DNA from: Eledone cirrhosa
Taxonomy: Eukaryota
Assembly: GCA_964016885.1 (NCBI GenBank)
Contig: OZ024765.1
Location: forward strand, 18,414,001 to 18,478,000
Direction: 5' to 3'
Length of the DNA stretch: 64,000 nt
Shown: one piece after another, positions 39,201 through 54,200 of the stretch
How positions within the stretch are numbered: position 1 is the first letter of the stretch
Layout: each line of letters starts with the position of its first letter
Program-made: the position numbers and the translations under genes
The notes under the pieces: generated by a model
The model's database searches: none
What the model was told of the DNA's origin: nothing
What the model saw: only the letters and a program-made list of their open reading frames with translations

Positions 39201-42200
39201 TTCATTTTAATGTCTGATGTTCCTGTATTTCACATTTAAAATGTAACCAAAAATAAACAAGACAGGGACGCTACATCAAAATAAACCACACAGACGAGGT
39301 ACGAATAATCTAAAATTAATTTTAACAAACTATAAACGATGTTTAAAGAGAGACGAACATTAAAATAGGATTTCAAACAAACACGTAAACACAAAGACAA
39401 TTACAGCCGCCATAATCTAATATCTGAAGATCAACATTTTTCACGATAGAAATAAAACTAAATATGTAAAGTTTAGTGGCCCCTGATTTACTTGCTTTTA
39501 ATTTCATTTTGATAATCTGTATTCTGTAGACATATATTTATGATTTTAATGATGAAATTTCCTCTTGTCTTTAAAAGATTATTACTTATAAAAATTATAA
39601 TAGTCACCTCCTCCTCTCGATTAATATGTAGCTTACCCACAGGGGTTCCTCAACTGGGCGGTTTCAACTGTTGGGTGCGCGATGAGCAGCTGAACAGAAA
39701 ATTGAGGGCCATTGGAAACTTTGGTGGCCGATATAGAATTTTGAGATTTAAGAAGGTATGCTACCCGAAAACCTATTCAAGGAATATATGTAAAGAACCT
39801 GAATAAAAATCAGGAAGCTAATTGGGAAAATTAAACCAGGAACAAACATTTACGAAACATATTTGGTATACTTTGAAATATTTACTATACAGGTGACTGG
39901 TGGAACATTTTTTCATGTGAATGTGGGAAATGACGCCAAAATATTTGGCAACCCTTGGCTCACAACTTACTAAATGTTCTGGAGACAAGCCTCTTCGCTA
40001 TATATCATAGTTCTTCAATCCTTCATCTTCCACAGTTGGTGAAGTATTTCGATTTGATATGACGATCGCAGAGTTAGATTTAGGACGTGGTGGCGTTCAT
40101 GGGTTTCTTAGTGTTGTTACTAGAAAGGGTCGACTCTGTCTTTCACACTTCAGGTTTTTTCATGAATTAAATATCCATTTTCTTTCTGATCGGTCTAACA
40201 ATGATTTGAACCTACAATGACTCCGTCTGTAATAATGTTCTCTTATTTGAAATATGCCATACCTAACTCCCGTGTCTGTGTGTGTGAAAAATATTCCAAC
40301 TTAGAGCGACGTGCCCGTAAATTGTTTAGCCTGATTCCTATATATAGATAATGTGTAATATTTGAACCTTCATGGAGGGTCTTTGCCGTAATTTCCCGTA
40401 ACTCCGACTAGAAGTCATTATGTAGTTTTTTCGTCCGTTAAAAATAATGATTAAAACAATTCTATATCCAGAGTTATATACACCCCTTCATCACATATTA
40501 TATTATTTCCACCAATAACTACATTATATCCTTAAATATGACACCAAGACATATAATTTGTAAATAAAAGATGAAATATTAAAACCTCAATTTTTAAATA
40601 ATTTTACCCCACCTTTGTGTTCTCAGTGTTTAGATTAACCCATAATTTTATGATTTTGGAGCATATAACTTATAGTACCAGTCATGTACTGGGATCAATT
40701 TAACGGATTGGTTCCTCCCCGCAAATTACTTGACATTTGCCTAAGTAAGACATACTCACAGAATGTATCGATGTATATGTATGAATGTATATATATATTA
40801 GTATATTTTATGTTTACAATAAAAATAGACAAACAATTTAATGATAATATGAAATGAAATTATTATTATTTATTAATAATATTTTTATTGTTTTCACTGC
40901 ATTAACTTCTGAGTGTGACTTTGTTTTTCTTACTATTTTCTACTGTAAATGGCGGCTTAATTGGATTATTACTAAGGTTTACTGGATTGTGGTGTTTCTT
41001 TATTGTTTTATATTTCAATCAGTGGACATCAGGATAGCTTTCTATATACCTGGGATAAATGTAAAGAGTACTGACTTTCATCTGCAGTTCAATGGTGATG
41101 TCTTCTTATATTTTCATTTACTTCTGCAATACTGTATATTGTAGTCTTTTCATTATTTTAAATATTTCTATCATGTCACTCGTTTGATATATCTCCCCGA
41201 AAGATATAGTTATTCAGAGCTTTACATTGGAATAGTGTACTACTATTTAAATATTAGTCCTTTAAATATATATTTCTATCATGTCCCCCCCCCCACCCCC
41301 CCACCCTCTTAGGTTTATCTCCTCTAAATTTGCAATCCCTAAAGTTTAACATCTTTCTTCAGAAGACAGATTTCTTAATAATTCTGGTGTTTTCTGTTTT
41401 GTTCTTTTCTGGATTCCTTCAATAGCTTCTCCGTATTTTCTGAAGTCGTCTGACCATGCCCCAAAACAATATTCTAGGTCGTATCACACATATCATTCAA
41501 CTAGTGTTTTAGACCTCTCGACATTTAGCTAGGCAAAGGAATGTTTTATTATTCCTATCATCTGAATTCCTTTTTTTTCTTCAACATGTTTAGCCATCTT
41601 TAAAATCATATTCATACATATTCACAATTCCTCGTGGAGGGGTATAAGAGACATGTATAAATATAGCTGCATATTACTACAAAATAACTTGAACCATATC
41701 GCGAAACATTTTGTAAAGTATCTCTGTAATTATTCTCATTTCGATTTTCTGTAGAATGTATTGACGTTTAAGATAGAGACAATTGCCCTTCTTCTAATAA
41801 TCTCTTTGTCCATTCCATGTTTTAGTCTCACAAAATATTGTTAATGCAAGATTTTGCTCTAATGTAATAAATGTTACTTTTAAAAGAGCGAAGTTCTCAA
41901 TTTTCTTCTTTCTCTTGTATATTGATATCTAAAGGATGACAAATGTATGAATTATGTGATAGGGAGGAAAAAAGCCACGACCTTCTTCTCTCGTTACAGA
42001 ATGCTAACTGACAACGTCTTTCGCAGGAGTGACTAGTACTACTGCCTTTTATATACCGTGACAACTGGAAAGACGTGACAAATAAGGATACACTCTGCTC
42101 TCCTTATCAACATTGTCCGAGTCTGAGGACCTTTCCTCCCTGGTTAAGGAGTGAGATAAAATATTAGGGATCAATCTCTAGCAATAATTTCATTAAATCA

Positions 42201-45200
42201 TATTTAACCAGAGACTGTTATGTTGTGGTTGTTGCTATATTTTATAGTCGTGGTTTCAATGTTTAACAGGGGTTGTAGAATTAGCTTTATCTAATTATTA
42301 TCAAACAAAACAGATTTATATATTGTCGCCGTTGTACGTTAAAATCACATATATATTTATATACACACTAAGGATGGAGGGACGACGGAATTGAAAACCA
42401 TTATTGCTGAGTACATCACGGCAAGATCTAATACACACACACACACACACTCTCCCGTATATATTTAATAATCAGCTATGACCATGAAGAAGGTCCCTGT
42501 AGATCATCTGGTTGTAGGATCTAATGAACCCGAAAGAAAGTGAAAATATATTTTATGAAAGCCCCAGAAGAATAAATGTAAACATTGACCCGATTATAGT
42601 AGAAATAAGAATGAGAAAGCCATGAACGCCAGCACATCTATTTTGCTTGGAAATTAAAAGTAGGTTTATAAATATTAATTTTTTCTTATGTTCTTGTATC
42701 TGTTTGGTAGGTGTTAGAGACTATGTAGACACTGATGTGGTGTTCAATCTCAGTCCGAATCTGTACTATATATTTTTAAATTTAAATTTTTCTCTAGTAA
42801 AGTAAAAAATGAAATTATTATCTATAGACTTTGACTGAAATCGAAACCCAGAGCAGATTCTTCACCGTCTCTAATACCTACAATTAGGCCACGGAGACAG
42901 ATATAAAAACAGTGTGAAAATTAATATTTATAAAGTTACTTTTTTATTTTTGTTTTATACTATAAAAAATATAATACGACACACTGCCAGTGATTGAACC
43001 CAGGACATGAACATCCACCGGCTCTTATACTTACCACTAGGCTAAAGGGACGATTACAGAAACTTACTTAAAAATTGATATTTATAAACCTACTTTTTCA
43101 TTACTAGAAAAAACCGGAAGTGGAGAAAATTGAAAAACATCTTCTTTTTCTTCCTCTGATTTTTTTTTATCCAAAATTTGGATTTAAGTCAGAGACGAGT
43201 TATCGTTCGTGGCAAAAATCAGAGGAAGAAAAAGAAGAAGTTTTTCAATTTTCTCCACTTCCGGTTTTTTCTAGTATAGGTAAGTAAATATTAATTTTCA
43301 AAAAATTTTTGTAACCGTCCCTGTGGCCTAATGGTAAGCACTAGAGACGGTGGAGATCCTGATTTAGGGTTCGATTTCCGTTAGGTTTTATACTATTAAC
43401 TGCGTATTTGTTTCTTTTATTTAAGTAAGATTTGAACTAATAATGCTGTACTTTGTAGTAATGTCCCATATTATATTCAACATATTTTAATTAAAATTTA
43501 TTTTTTTTATAAAAGAAAGAACAAAAAACCTTATTGAAATTAAGAAATTAATTTTATTCAGTAAAGTTGTTTTTATTTTGTTTTCACTTCATTAACTGCT
43601 GAATACGTCTTTTGTTTTTGTTTTTGATTCTTTCTAACCATTGTTTACTGTGAATGGTGACTGCAACGAACCTGGATTATTACCAAGTTTCACTGGATGA
43701 TTGTATTATTTTGTTGTCAGTGGACATCTGGACATCTATCTAAATACCTGGAATAAACACAAGGTGTATGTTTTACGTAACATTTCATTTTAATGTCTGA
43801 TGTTCCTGTATTTCACATTTAAAATGTAACCAAAAATAAACAAGACAGGGACGCTACATCAAAATAAACCACACAGACGAGGTACGAATAATCTAAAATT
43901 AATTTTAACAAACTATAAACGATGTTTAAAGAGAGACGAACATTAAAATAGGATTTCAAACAAACACGTAAACACAAAGACAATTACAGCCGCCATAATC
44001 TAATATCTGAAGATCAACATTTTTCACGATAGAAATAAAACTAAATATGTAAAGTTTAGTGGCCCCTGATTTACTTGCTTTTAATTTCATTTTGATAATC
44101 TGTATTCTGTAGACATATATTTATGATTTTAATGATGAAATTTCCTCTTGTCTTTAAAAGATTATTACTTATAAAAATTATAATAGTCACCTCCTCCTCT
44201 CGATTAATATGTAGCTTACCCACAGGGGTTCCTCAACTGGGCGGTTTCAACTGTTGGGTGCGCGATGAGCAGCTGAACAGAAAATTGAGGGCCATTGGAA
44301 ACTTTGGTGGCCGATATAGAATTTTGAGATTTAAGAAGGTATGCTACCCGAAAACCTATTCAAGGAATATATGTAAAGAACCTGAATAAAAATCAGGAAG
44401 CTAATTGGGAAAATTAAACCAGGAACAAACATTTACGAAACATATTTGGTATACTTTGAAATATTTACTATACAGGTGACTGGTGGAACATTTTTTCATG
44501 TGAATGTGGGAAATGACGCCAAAATATTTGGCAACCCTTGGCTCACAACTTACTAAATGTTCTGGAGACAAGCCTCTTCGCTATATATCATAGTTCTTCA
44601 ATCCTTCATCTTCCACAGTTGGTGAAGTATTTCGATTTGATATGACGATCGCAGAGTTAGATTTAGAACGTGGTGGCGTTCATGGGTTTCTTAGTGTTGT
44701 TACTAGAAAGGGTCGACTCTGTCTTTCACACTTCAGGTTTTTTCATGAATTAAATATCCATTTTCTTTCTGATCGGTCTAACAATGATTTGAACCTACAA
44801 TGACTCCGTCTGTAATAATGTTCTCTTATTTGAAATATGCCATACCTAACTCCCGTGTCTGTGTGTGTGAAAAATATTCCAACTTAGAGCGACGTGCCCG
44901 TAAATTGTTTAGCCTGATTCCTATATATTGATAATGTGTAATATTTGAACCTTCATGGAGGGTCTTTGCCGTAATTTCCCGTAACTCCGACTAGAAGTCA
45001 TTATGTAGTTTTTTCGTCCGTTAAAAATAATGATTAAAACAATTCTATATCCAGAGTTATATACACCCCTTCATCACATATTATATTATTTCCACCAATA
45101 ACTACATTATATCCTTAAATATGACACCAAGACATATAATTTGTAAATAAAAGATGAAATATTAAAACCTCAATTTTTAAATAATTTTACCCCTCCTTTG

Positions 45201-48200
45201 TGTTCTCAGTGTTTAGATTAACCCATAATTTTATGATTTTGGAGCATATAACTTATAGTACCAGTCATGTACTGGGATCAATTTAACGGATTGGTTCCTC
45301 CCCGCAAATTACTTGACTTTTGCCTAAGTAAGACATACTCACAGAATGTATCGATGTATATGTATGAATGTATATATATATTAGTATATTTTATGTTTAC
45401 AATAAAAATAGACAAACAATTTAATGATAATATGAAATGAAATTATTATTATTTATTAATAATATTTTTATTGTTTTCACTGCATTAACTTCTGAGTGTG
45501 ACTTTGTTTTTCTTACTATTTTCTACTGTAAATGGCGGCTTAATTGGATTATTACTAAGGTTTACTGGATTGTGGTGTTTCTTTATTGTTTTATATTTCA
45601 ATCAGTGGACATCAGGATAGCTTTCTATATACCTGGGATAAATGTAAAGAGTACTGACTTTCATCTGCAGTTCAATGGTGATGTCTTCTTATATTTTCAT
45701 TTACTTCTGCAATACTGTATATTGTAGTCTTTTCATTATTTTAAATATTTCTATCATGTCACTCGTTTGATATATCTCCCCGAAAGATATAGTTATTCAG
45801 AGCTTTACATTGGAATAGTGTACTACTATTTAAATATTAGTCCTTTAAATATATATTTCTATCATGCCCCCCCCCCCCCCACCCTCTTAGATTTATCTCC
45901 TCTAAATTTGCAATCCCTAAAGTTTAACATCTTTCTTCAGAAGACAGATTTCTTAATAATTCTGGTGTTTTCTGTTTTGTTCTTTTCTGGATTCCTTCAA
46001 TAGCTTCTCCGTATTTTCTGAAGTCGTCTGACCATGCCCCAAAACAATATTCTAGGTCGTATCACACATATCATTCAACTAGTGTTTTAGACCTCTCGAC
46101 ATTTAGCTAGGCAAAGGAATGTTTTATTATTCCTATCATCTGAATTCCTTTTTTTTCTTCAACATGTTTAGCCATCTTTAAAATCATATTCATACATATT
46201 CACAATTCCTCGTGGAGGGGTATAAGAGACATGTATAAATATAGCTGCATATTACTACAAAATAACTTGAACCATATCGCGAAACATTTTGTAAAGTATC
46301 TCTGTAATTATTCTCATTTCGATTTTCTGTAGAATGTATTGACGTTTAAGATAGAGACAATTGCCCTTCTTCTAATAATCTCTTTGTCCATTCCATGTTT
46401 TAGTCTCACAAAATATTGTTAATGCAAGATTTTGCTCTAATGTAATAAATGTTACTTTTAAAAGAGCGAAGTTCTCAATTTTCTTCTTTCTCTTGTATAT
46501 TGATATCTAAAGGATGACAAATGTATGAATTATGTGATAGGGAGGAAAAAAGCCACGACCTTCTTCTCTCGTTACAGAATGCTAACTGACAACGTCTTTC
46601 GCAGGAGTGACTAGTACTACTGTCTTTTATATACCGTGACAACTGGAAAGACGTGACAAATAAGGATACACTCTGCTCTCCTTATCAACATTGTCCGAGT
46701 CTGAGGACCTTTCCTCCCTGGTTAAGGAGTGAGATAAAATATTAGGGATCAATCTCTAGCAATAATTTCATTAAATCATATTTAACCAGAGACTGTTATG
46801 TTGTGGTTGTTGCTATATTTTATAGTCGTGGTTTCAATGTTTAACAGTGGTTGTAGAATTAGCTTTATCTAATTATTATCAAACAAAACAGATTTATATA
46901 TTGTCGCCGTTGTACGTTAAAATCACATATATATTTATATACACACTAAGGATGGAGGGACGACGGAATTGAAAACCATTATTGCTGAGTACATCACGGC
47001 AAGATCTAATACACACACACACACACACACTCTCCCGTATATATTTAATAATCAGCTATGACCATGAAAAAGGTCCCTGTAGATCATCTGGTTGTAGGAT
47101 CTAATGAACCCGAAAGAAAGTGAAAATATATTTTATGAAAGCCCCAGAAGAAGAAATGTAAACATTGACCCGATTATAGTAGAAATAAGAATGAGAAAGC
47201 CATGAACGCCAGCACATCTATTTTGCTTGGAAATTAAAAGTAGGTTTATAAATATTAATTTTTTCTTATGTTCTTGTATCTGTTTGGTAGGTGTTAGAGA
47301 CTATGTAGACACTGATGTGGTGTTCAATCTCAGTCCGAATCTGTACTATATATTTTTAAATTTAAATTTTTCTCTAGTAAAGTAAAAAATGAAATTATTA
47401 TCTATAGACTTTGACTGAAATCGAAACCCAGAGCAGATTCTTCACCGTCTCTAATACCTACAATTAGGCCACGGAGACAGATATAAAAACAGTGTGAAAA
47501 TTAATATTTATAAAGTTACTTTTTTATTTTTGTTTTATACTATAAAAAATATAATACGACACACTGCCAGTGATTGAACCCAGGACATGAACATCCACCG
47601 GCTCTTATACTTACCACTAGGCTAAAGGGACGATTACAGAAACTTACTTAAAAATTGATATTTATAAACCTACTTTTTCATTACTAGAAAAAACCGGAAG
47701 TGGAGAAAATTGAAAAACATCTTCTTTTTCTTCCTCTGATTTTTTTTTATCCAAAATTTGGATTTAAGTCAGAGACGAGTTATCGTTCGTGGCAAAAATC
47801 AGAGGAAGAAAAAGAAGAAGTTTTTCAATTTTCTCCACTTCCGGTTTTTTCTAGTATAGGTAAGTAAATATTAATTTTCAAAAAATTTTTGTAACCGTCC
47901 CTGTGGCCTAATGGTAAGCACTAGAGACGGTGGAGATCCTGATTTAGGGTTCGATTTCCGTTAGGTTTTATACTATTAACTGCGTATTTGTTTCTTTTAT
48001 TTAAGTAAGATTTGAACTAATAATGCTGTACTTTGTAGTAATGTCCCATATTATATTCAACATATTTTAATTAAAATTTATTTTTTTTATAAAAGAAAGA
48101 ACAAAAAACCTTATTGAAATTAAGAAATTAATTTTATTCAGTAAAGTTGTTTTTATTTTGTTTTCACTTCATTAACTGCTGAATACGTCTTTTGTTTTTG

Positions 48201-51200
48201 TTTTTGATTCTTTCTAACCATTGTTTACTGTGAATGGTGACTGCAACGAACCTGGATTATTACCAAGTTTCACTGGATGATTGTATTATTTTGTTGTCAG
48301 TGGACATCTGGACATCTATCTAAATACCTGGAATAAACACAAGGTGTATGTTTTACGTAACATTTCATTTTAATGTCTGATGTTCCTGTATTTCACATTT
48401 AAAATGTAACCAAAAATAAACAAGACAGGGACGCTACATCAAAATAAACCACACAGACGAGGTACGAATAATCTAAAATTAATTTTAACAAACTATAAAC
48501 GATGTTTAAAGAGAGACGAACATTAAAATAGGATTTCAAACAAACACGTAAACACAAAGACAATTACAGCCGCCATAATCTAATATCTGAAGATCAACAT
48601 TTTTCACGATAGAAATAAAACTAAATATGTAAAGTTTAGTGGCCCCTGATTTACTTGCTTTTAATTTCATTTTGATAATCTGTATTCTGTAGACATATAT
48701 TTATGATTTTAATGATGAAATTTCCTCTTGTCTTTAAAAGATTATTACTTATAAAAATTATAATAGTCACCTCCTCCTCTCGATTAATATGTAGCTTACC
48801 CACAGGGGTTCCTCAACTGGGCGGTTTCAACTGTTGGGTGCGCGATGAGCAGCTGAACAGAAAATTGAGGGCCATTGGAAACTTTGGTGGCCGATATAGA
48901 ATTTTGAGATTTAAGAAGGTATGCTACCCGAAAACCTATTCAAGGAATATATGTAAAGAACCTGAATAAAAATCAGGAAGCTAATTGGGAAAATTAAACC
49001 AGGAACAAACATTTACGAAACATATTTGGTATACTTTGAAATATTTACTATACAGGTGACTGGTGGAACATTTTTTCATGTGAATGTGGGAAATGACGCC
49101 AAAATATTTGGCAACCCTTGGCTCACAACTTACTAAATGTTCTGGAGACAAGCCTCTTCGCTATATATCATAGTTCTTCAATCCTTCATCTTCCACAGTT
49201 GGTGAAGTATTTCGATTTGATATGACGATCGCAGAGTTAGATTTAGAACGTGGTGGCGTTCATGGGTTTCTTAGTGTTGTTACTAGAAAGGGTCGACTCT
49301 GTCTTTCACACTTCAGGTTTTTTCATGAATTAAATATCCATTTTCTTTCTGATCGGTCTAACAATGATTTGAACCTACAATGACTCCGTCTGTAATAATG
49401 TTCTCTTATTTGAAATATGCCATACCTAACTCCCGTGTCTGTGTGTGTGAAAAATATTCCAACTTAGAGCGACGTGCCCGTAAATTGTTTAGCCTGATTC
49501 CTATATATTGATAATGTGTAATATTTGAACCTTCATGGAGGGTCTTTGCCGTAATTTCCCGTAACTCCGACTAGAAGTCATTATGTAGTTTTTTCGTCCG
49601 TTAAAAATAATGATTAAAACAATTCTATATCCAGAGTTATATACACCCCTTCATCACATATTATATTATTTCCACCAATAACTACATTATATCCTTAAAT
49701 ATGACACCAAGACATATAATTTGTAAATAAAAGATGAAATATTAAAACCTCAATTTTTAAATAATTTTACCCCTCCTTTGTGTTCTCAGTGTTTAGATTA
49801 ACCCATAATTTTATGATTTTGGAGCATATAACTTATAGTACCAGTCATGTACTGGGATCAATTTAACGGATTGGTTCCTCCCCGCAAATTACTTGACTTT
49901 TGCCTAAGTAAGACATACTCACAGAATGTATCGATGTATATGTATGAATGTATATATATATTAGTATATTTTATGTTTACAATAAAAATAGACAAACAAT
50001 TTAATGATAATATGAAATGAAATTATTATTATTTATTAATAATATTTTTATTGTTTTCACTGCATTAACTTCTGAGTGTGACTTTGTTTTTCTTACTATT
50101 TTCTACTGTAAATGGCGGCTTAATTGGATTATTACTAAGGTTTACTGGATTGTGGTGTTTCTTTATTGTTTTATATTTCAATCAGTGGACATCAGGATAG
50201 CTTTCTATATACCTGGGATAAATGTAAAGAGTACTGACTTTCATCTGCAGTTCAATGGTGATGTCTTCTTATATTTTCATTTACTTCTGCAATACTGTAT
50301 ATTGTAGTCTTTTCATTATTTTAAATATTTCTATCATGTCACTCGTTTGATATATCTCCCCGAAAGATATAGTTATTCAGAGCTTTACATTGGAATAGTG
50401 TACTACTATTTAAATATTAGTCCTTTAAATATATATTTCTATCATGCCCCCCCCCCCCCCACCCTCTTAGATTTATCTCCTCTAAATTTGCAATCCCTAA
50501 AGTTTAACATCTTTCTTCAGAAGACAGATTTCTTAATAATTCTGGTGTTTTCTGTTTTGTTCTTTTCTGGATTCCTTCAATAGCTTCTCCGTATTTTCTG
50601 AAGTCGTCTGACCATGCCCCAAAACAATATTCTAGGTCGTATCACACATATCATTCAACTAGTGTTTTAGACCTCTCGACATTTAGCTAGGCAAAGGAAT
50701 GTTTTATTATTCCTATCATCTGAATTCCTTTTTTTTCTTCAACATGTTTAGCCATCTTTAAAATCATATTCATACATATTCACAATTCCTCGTGGAGGGG
50801 TATAAGAGACATGTATAAATATAGCTGCATATTACTACAAAATAACTTGAACCATATCGCGAAACATTTTGTAAAGTATCTCTGTAATTATTCTCATTTC
50901 GATTTTCTGTAGAATGTATTGACGTTTAAGATAGAGACAATTGCCCTTCTTCTAATAATCTCTTTGTCCATTCCATGTTTTAGTCTCACAAAATATTGTT
51001 AATGCAAGATTTTGCTCTAATGTAATAAATGTTACTTTTAAAAGAGCGAAGTTCTCAATTTTCTTCTTTCTCTTGTATATTGATATCTAAAGGATGACAA
51101 ATGTATGAATTATGTGATAGGGAGGAAAAAAGCCACGACCTTCTTCTCTCGTTACAGAATGCTAACTGACAACGTCTTTCGCAGGAGTGACTAGTACTAC

Positions 51201-54200
51201 TGTCTTTTATATACCGTGACAACTGGAAAGACGTGACAAATAAGGATACACTCTGCTCTCCTTATCAACATTGTCCGAGTCTGAGGACCTTTCCTCCCTG
51301 GTTAAGGAGTGAGATAAAATATTAGGGATCAATCTCTAGCAATAATTTCATTAAATCATATTTAACCAGAGACTGTTATGTTGTGGTTGTTGCTATATTT
51401 TATAGTCGTGGTTTCAATGTTTAACAGTGGTTGTAGAATTAGCTTTATCTAATTATTATCAAACAAAACAGATTTATATATTGTCGCCGTTGTACGTTAA
51501 AATCACATATATATTTATATACACACTAAGGATGGAGGGACGACGGAATTGAAAACCATTATTGCTGAGTACATCACGGCAAGATCTAATACACACACAC
51601 ACACACACACTCTCCCGTATATATTTAATAATCAGCTATGACCATGAAAAAGGTCCCTGTAGATCATCTGGTTGTAGGATCTAATGAACCCGAAAGAAAG
51701 TGAAAATATATTTTATGAAAGCCCCAGAAGAAGAAATGTAAACATTGACCCGATTATAGTAGAAATAAGAATGAGAAAGCCATGAACGCCAGCACATCTA
51801 TTTTGCTTGGAAATTAAAAGTAGGTTTATAAATATTAATTTTTTCTTATGTTCTTGTATCTGTTTGGTAGGTGTTAGAGACTATGTAGACACTGATGTGG
51901 TGTTCAATCTCAGTCCGAATCTGTACTATATATTTTTAAATTTAAATTTTTCTCTAGTAAAGTAAAAAATGAAATTATTATCTATAGACTTTGACTGAAA
52001 TCGAAACCCAGAGCAGATTCTTCACCGTCTCTAATACCTACAATTAGGCCACGGAGACAGATATAAAAACAGTGTGAAAATTAATATTTATAAAGTTACT
52101 TTTTTATTTTTGTTTTATACTATAAAAAATATAATACGACACACTGCCAGTGATTGAACCCAGGACATGAACATCCACCGGCTCTTATACTTACCACTAG
52201 GCTAAAGGGACGATTACAGAAACTTACTTAAAAATTGATATTTATAAACCTACTTTTTCATTACTAGAAAAAACCGGAAGTGGAGAAAATTGAAAAACAT
52301 CTTCTTTTTCTTCCTCTGATTTTTTTTTATCCAAAATTTGGATTTAAGTCAGAGACGAGTTATCGTTCGTGGCAAAAATCAGAGGAAGAAAAAGAAGAAG
52401 TTTTTCAATTTTCTCCACTTCCGGTTTTTTCTAGTATAGGTAAGTAAATATTAATTTAAAAAAAATTTTTGTAACCGTCCCTGTGGCCTAATGGTAAGCA
52501 CTAGAGACGGTGGAGATCCTGATTTAGGGTTCGATTTCCGTTAGGTTTTATACTATTAACTGCGTATTTGTTTCTTTTATTTAAGTAAGATTTGAACTAA
52601 TAATGCTGTACTTTGTAGTAATGTCCCATATTATATTCAACATATTTTAATTAAAATTTATTTTTTTTATAAAAGAAAGAACAAAAAACCTTATTGAAAT
52701 TAAGAAATGAATTTTATTCAGTAAAGTTGTTTTTATTTTGTTTTCACTTCATTAACTGCTGAATACGTCTTTTGTTTTTGTTTTTGATTCTTTCTAACCA
52801 TTGTTTACTGTGAATGGTGACTGCAACGAACCTGGATTATTACCAAGTTTCACTGGATGATTGTATTATTTTGTTGTCAGTGGACATCTGGACATCTATC
52901 TAAATACCTGGAATAAACACAAGGTGTATGTTTTACGTAACATTTCATTTTAATGTCTGATGTTCCTGTATTTCACATTTAAAATGTAACCAAAAATAAA
53001 CAAGACAGGGACGCTACATCAAAATAAACCACACAGACGAGGTACGAATAATCTAAAATTAATTTTAACAAACTATAAACGATGTTTAAAGAGAGACGAA
53101 CATTAAAATAGGATTTCAAACAAACACGTAAACACAAAGACAATTACAGCCGCCATAATCTAATATCTGAAGATCAACATTTTTCACGATAGAAATAAAA
53201 CTAAATATGTAAAGTTTAGTGGCCCCTGATTTACTTGCTTTTAATTTCATTTTGATAATCTGTATTCTGTAGACATATATTTATGATTTTAATGATGAAA
53301 TTTCCTCTTGTCTTTAAAAGATTATTACTTATAAAAATTATAATAGTCACCTCCTCCTCTCGATTAATATGTAGCTTACCCACAGGGGTTCCTCAACTGG
53401 GCGGTTTCAACTGTTGGGTGCGCGATGAGCAGCTGAACAGAAAATTGAGGGCCATTGGAAACTTTGGTGGCCGATATAGAATTTTGAGATTTAAGAAGGT
53501 ATGCTACCCGAAAACCTATTCAAGGAATATATGTAAAGAACCTGAATAAAAATCAGGAAGCTAATTGGGAAAATTAAACCAGGAACAAACATTTACGAAA
53601 CATATTTGGTATACTTTGAAATATTTACTATACAGGTGACTGGTGGAACATTTTTTCATGTGAATGTGGGAAATGACGCCAAAATATTTGGCAACCCTTG
53701 GCTCACAACTTACTAAATGTTCTGGAGACAAGCCTCTTCGCTATATATCATAGTTCTTCAATCCTTCATCTTCCACAGTTGGTGAAGTATTTCGATTTGA
53801 TATGACGATCGCAGAGTTAGATTTAGAACGTGGTGGCGTTCATGGGTTTCTTAGTGTTGTTACTAGAAAGGGTCGACTCTGTCTTTCACACTTCAGGTTT
53901 TTTCATGAATTAAATATCCATTTTCTTTCTGATCGGTCTAACAATGATTTGAACCTACAATGACTCCGTCTGTAATAATGTTCTCTTATTTGAAATATGC
54001 CATACCTAACTCCCGTGTCTGTGTGTGTGAAAAATATTCCAACTTAGAGCGACGTGCCCGTAAATTGTTTAGCCTGATTCCTATATATTGATAATGTGTA
54101 ATATTTGAACCTTCATGGAGGGTCTTTGCCGTAATTTCCCGTAACTCCGACTAGAAGTCATTATGTAGTTTTTTCGTCCGTTAAAAATAATGATTAAAAC

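Larger units (their letters stand above)
1..41204. repeat. Higher-order repeat of 9 units (41,204 bp), first copy; second, partial copy at 41205-64000
   Basis: Unit lengths 4583, 4580, 4580, 4578 recur in the same order at an offset of exactly 41,204. Poly-C patterns and SNPs recur at that offset (TTTAAAAAAA near 11251 and 52455; TATTTCTATC near 14082 and 55286). Confidence 0.95.
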
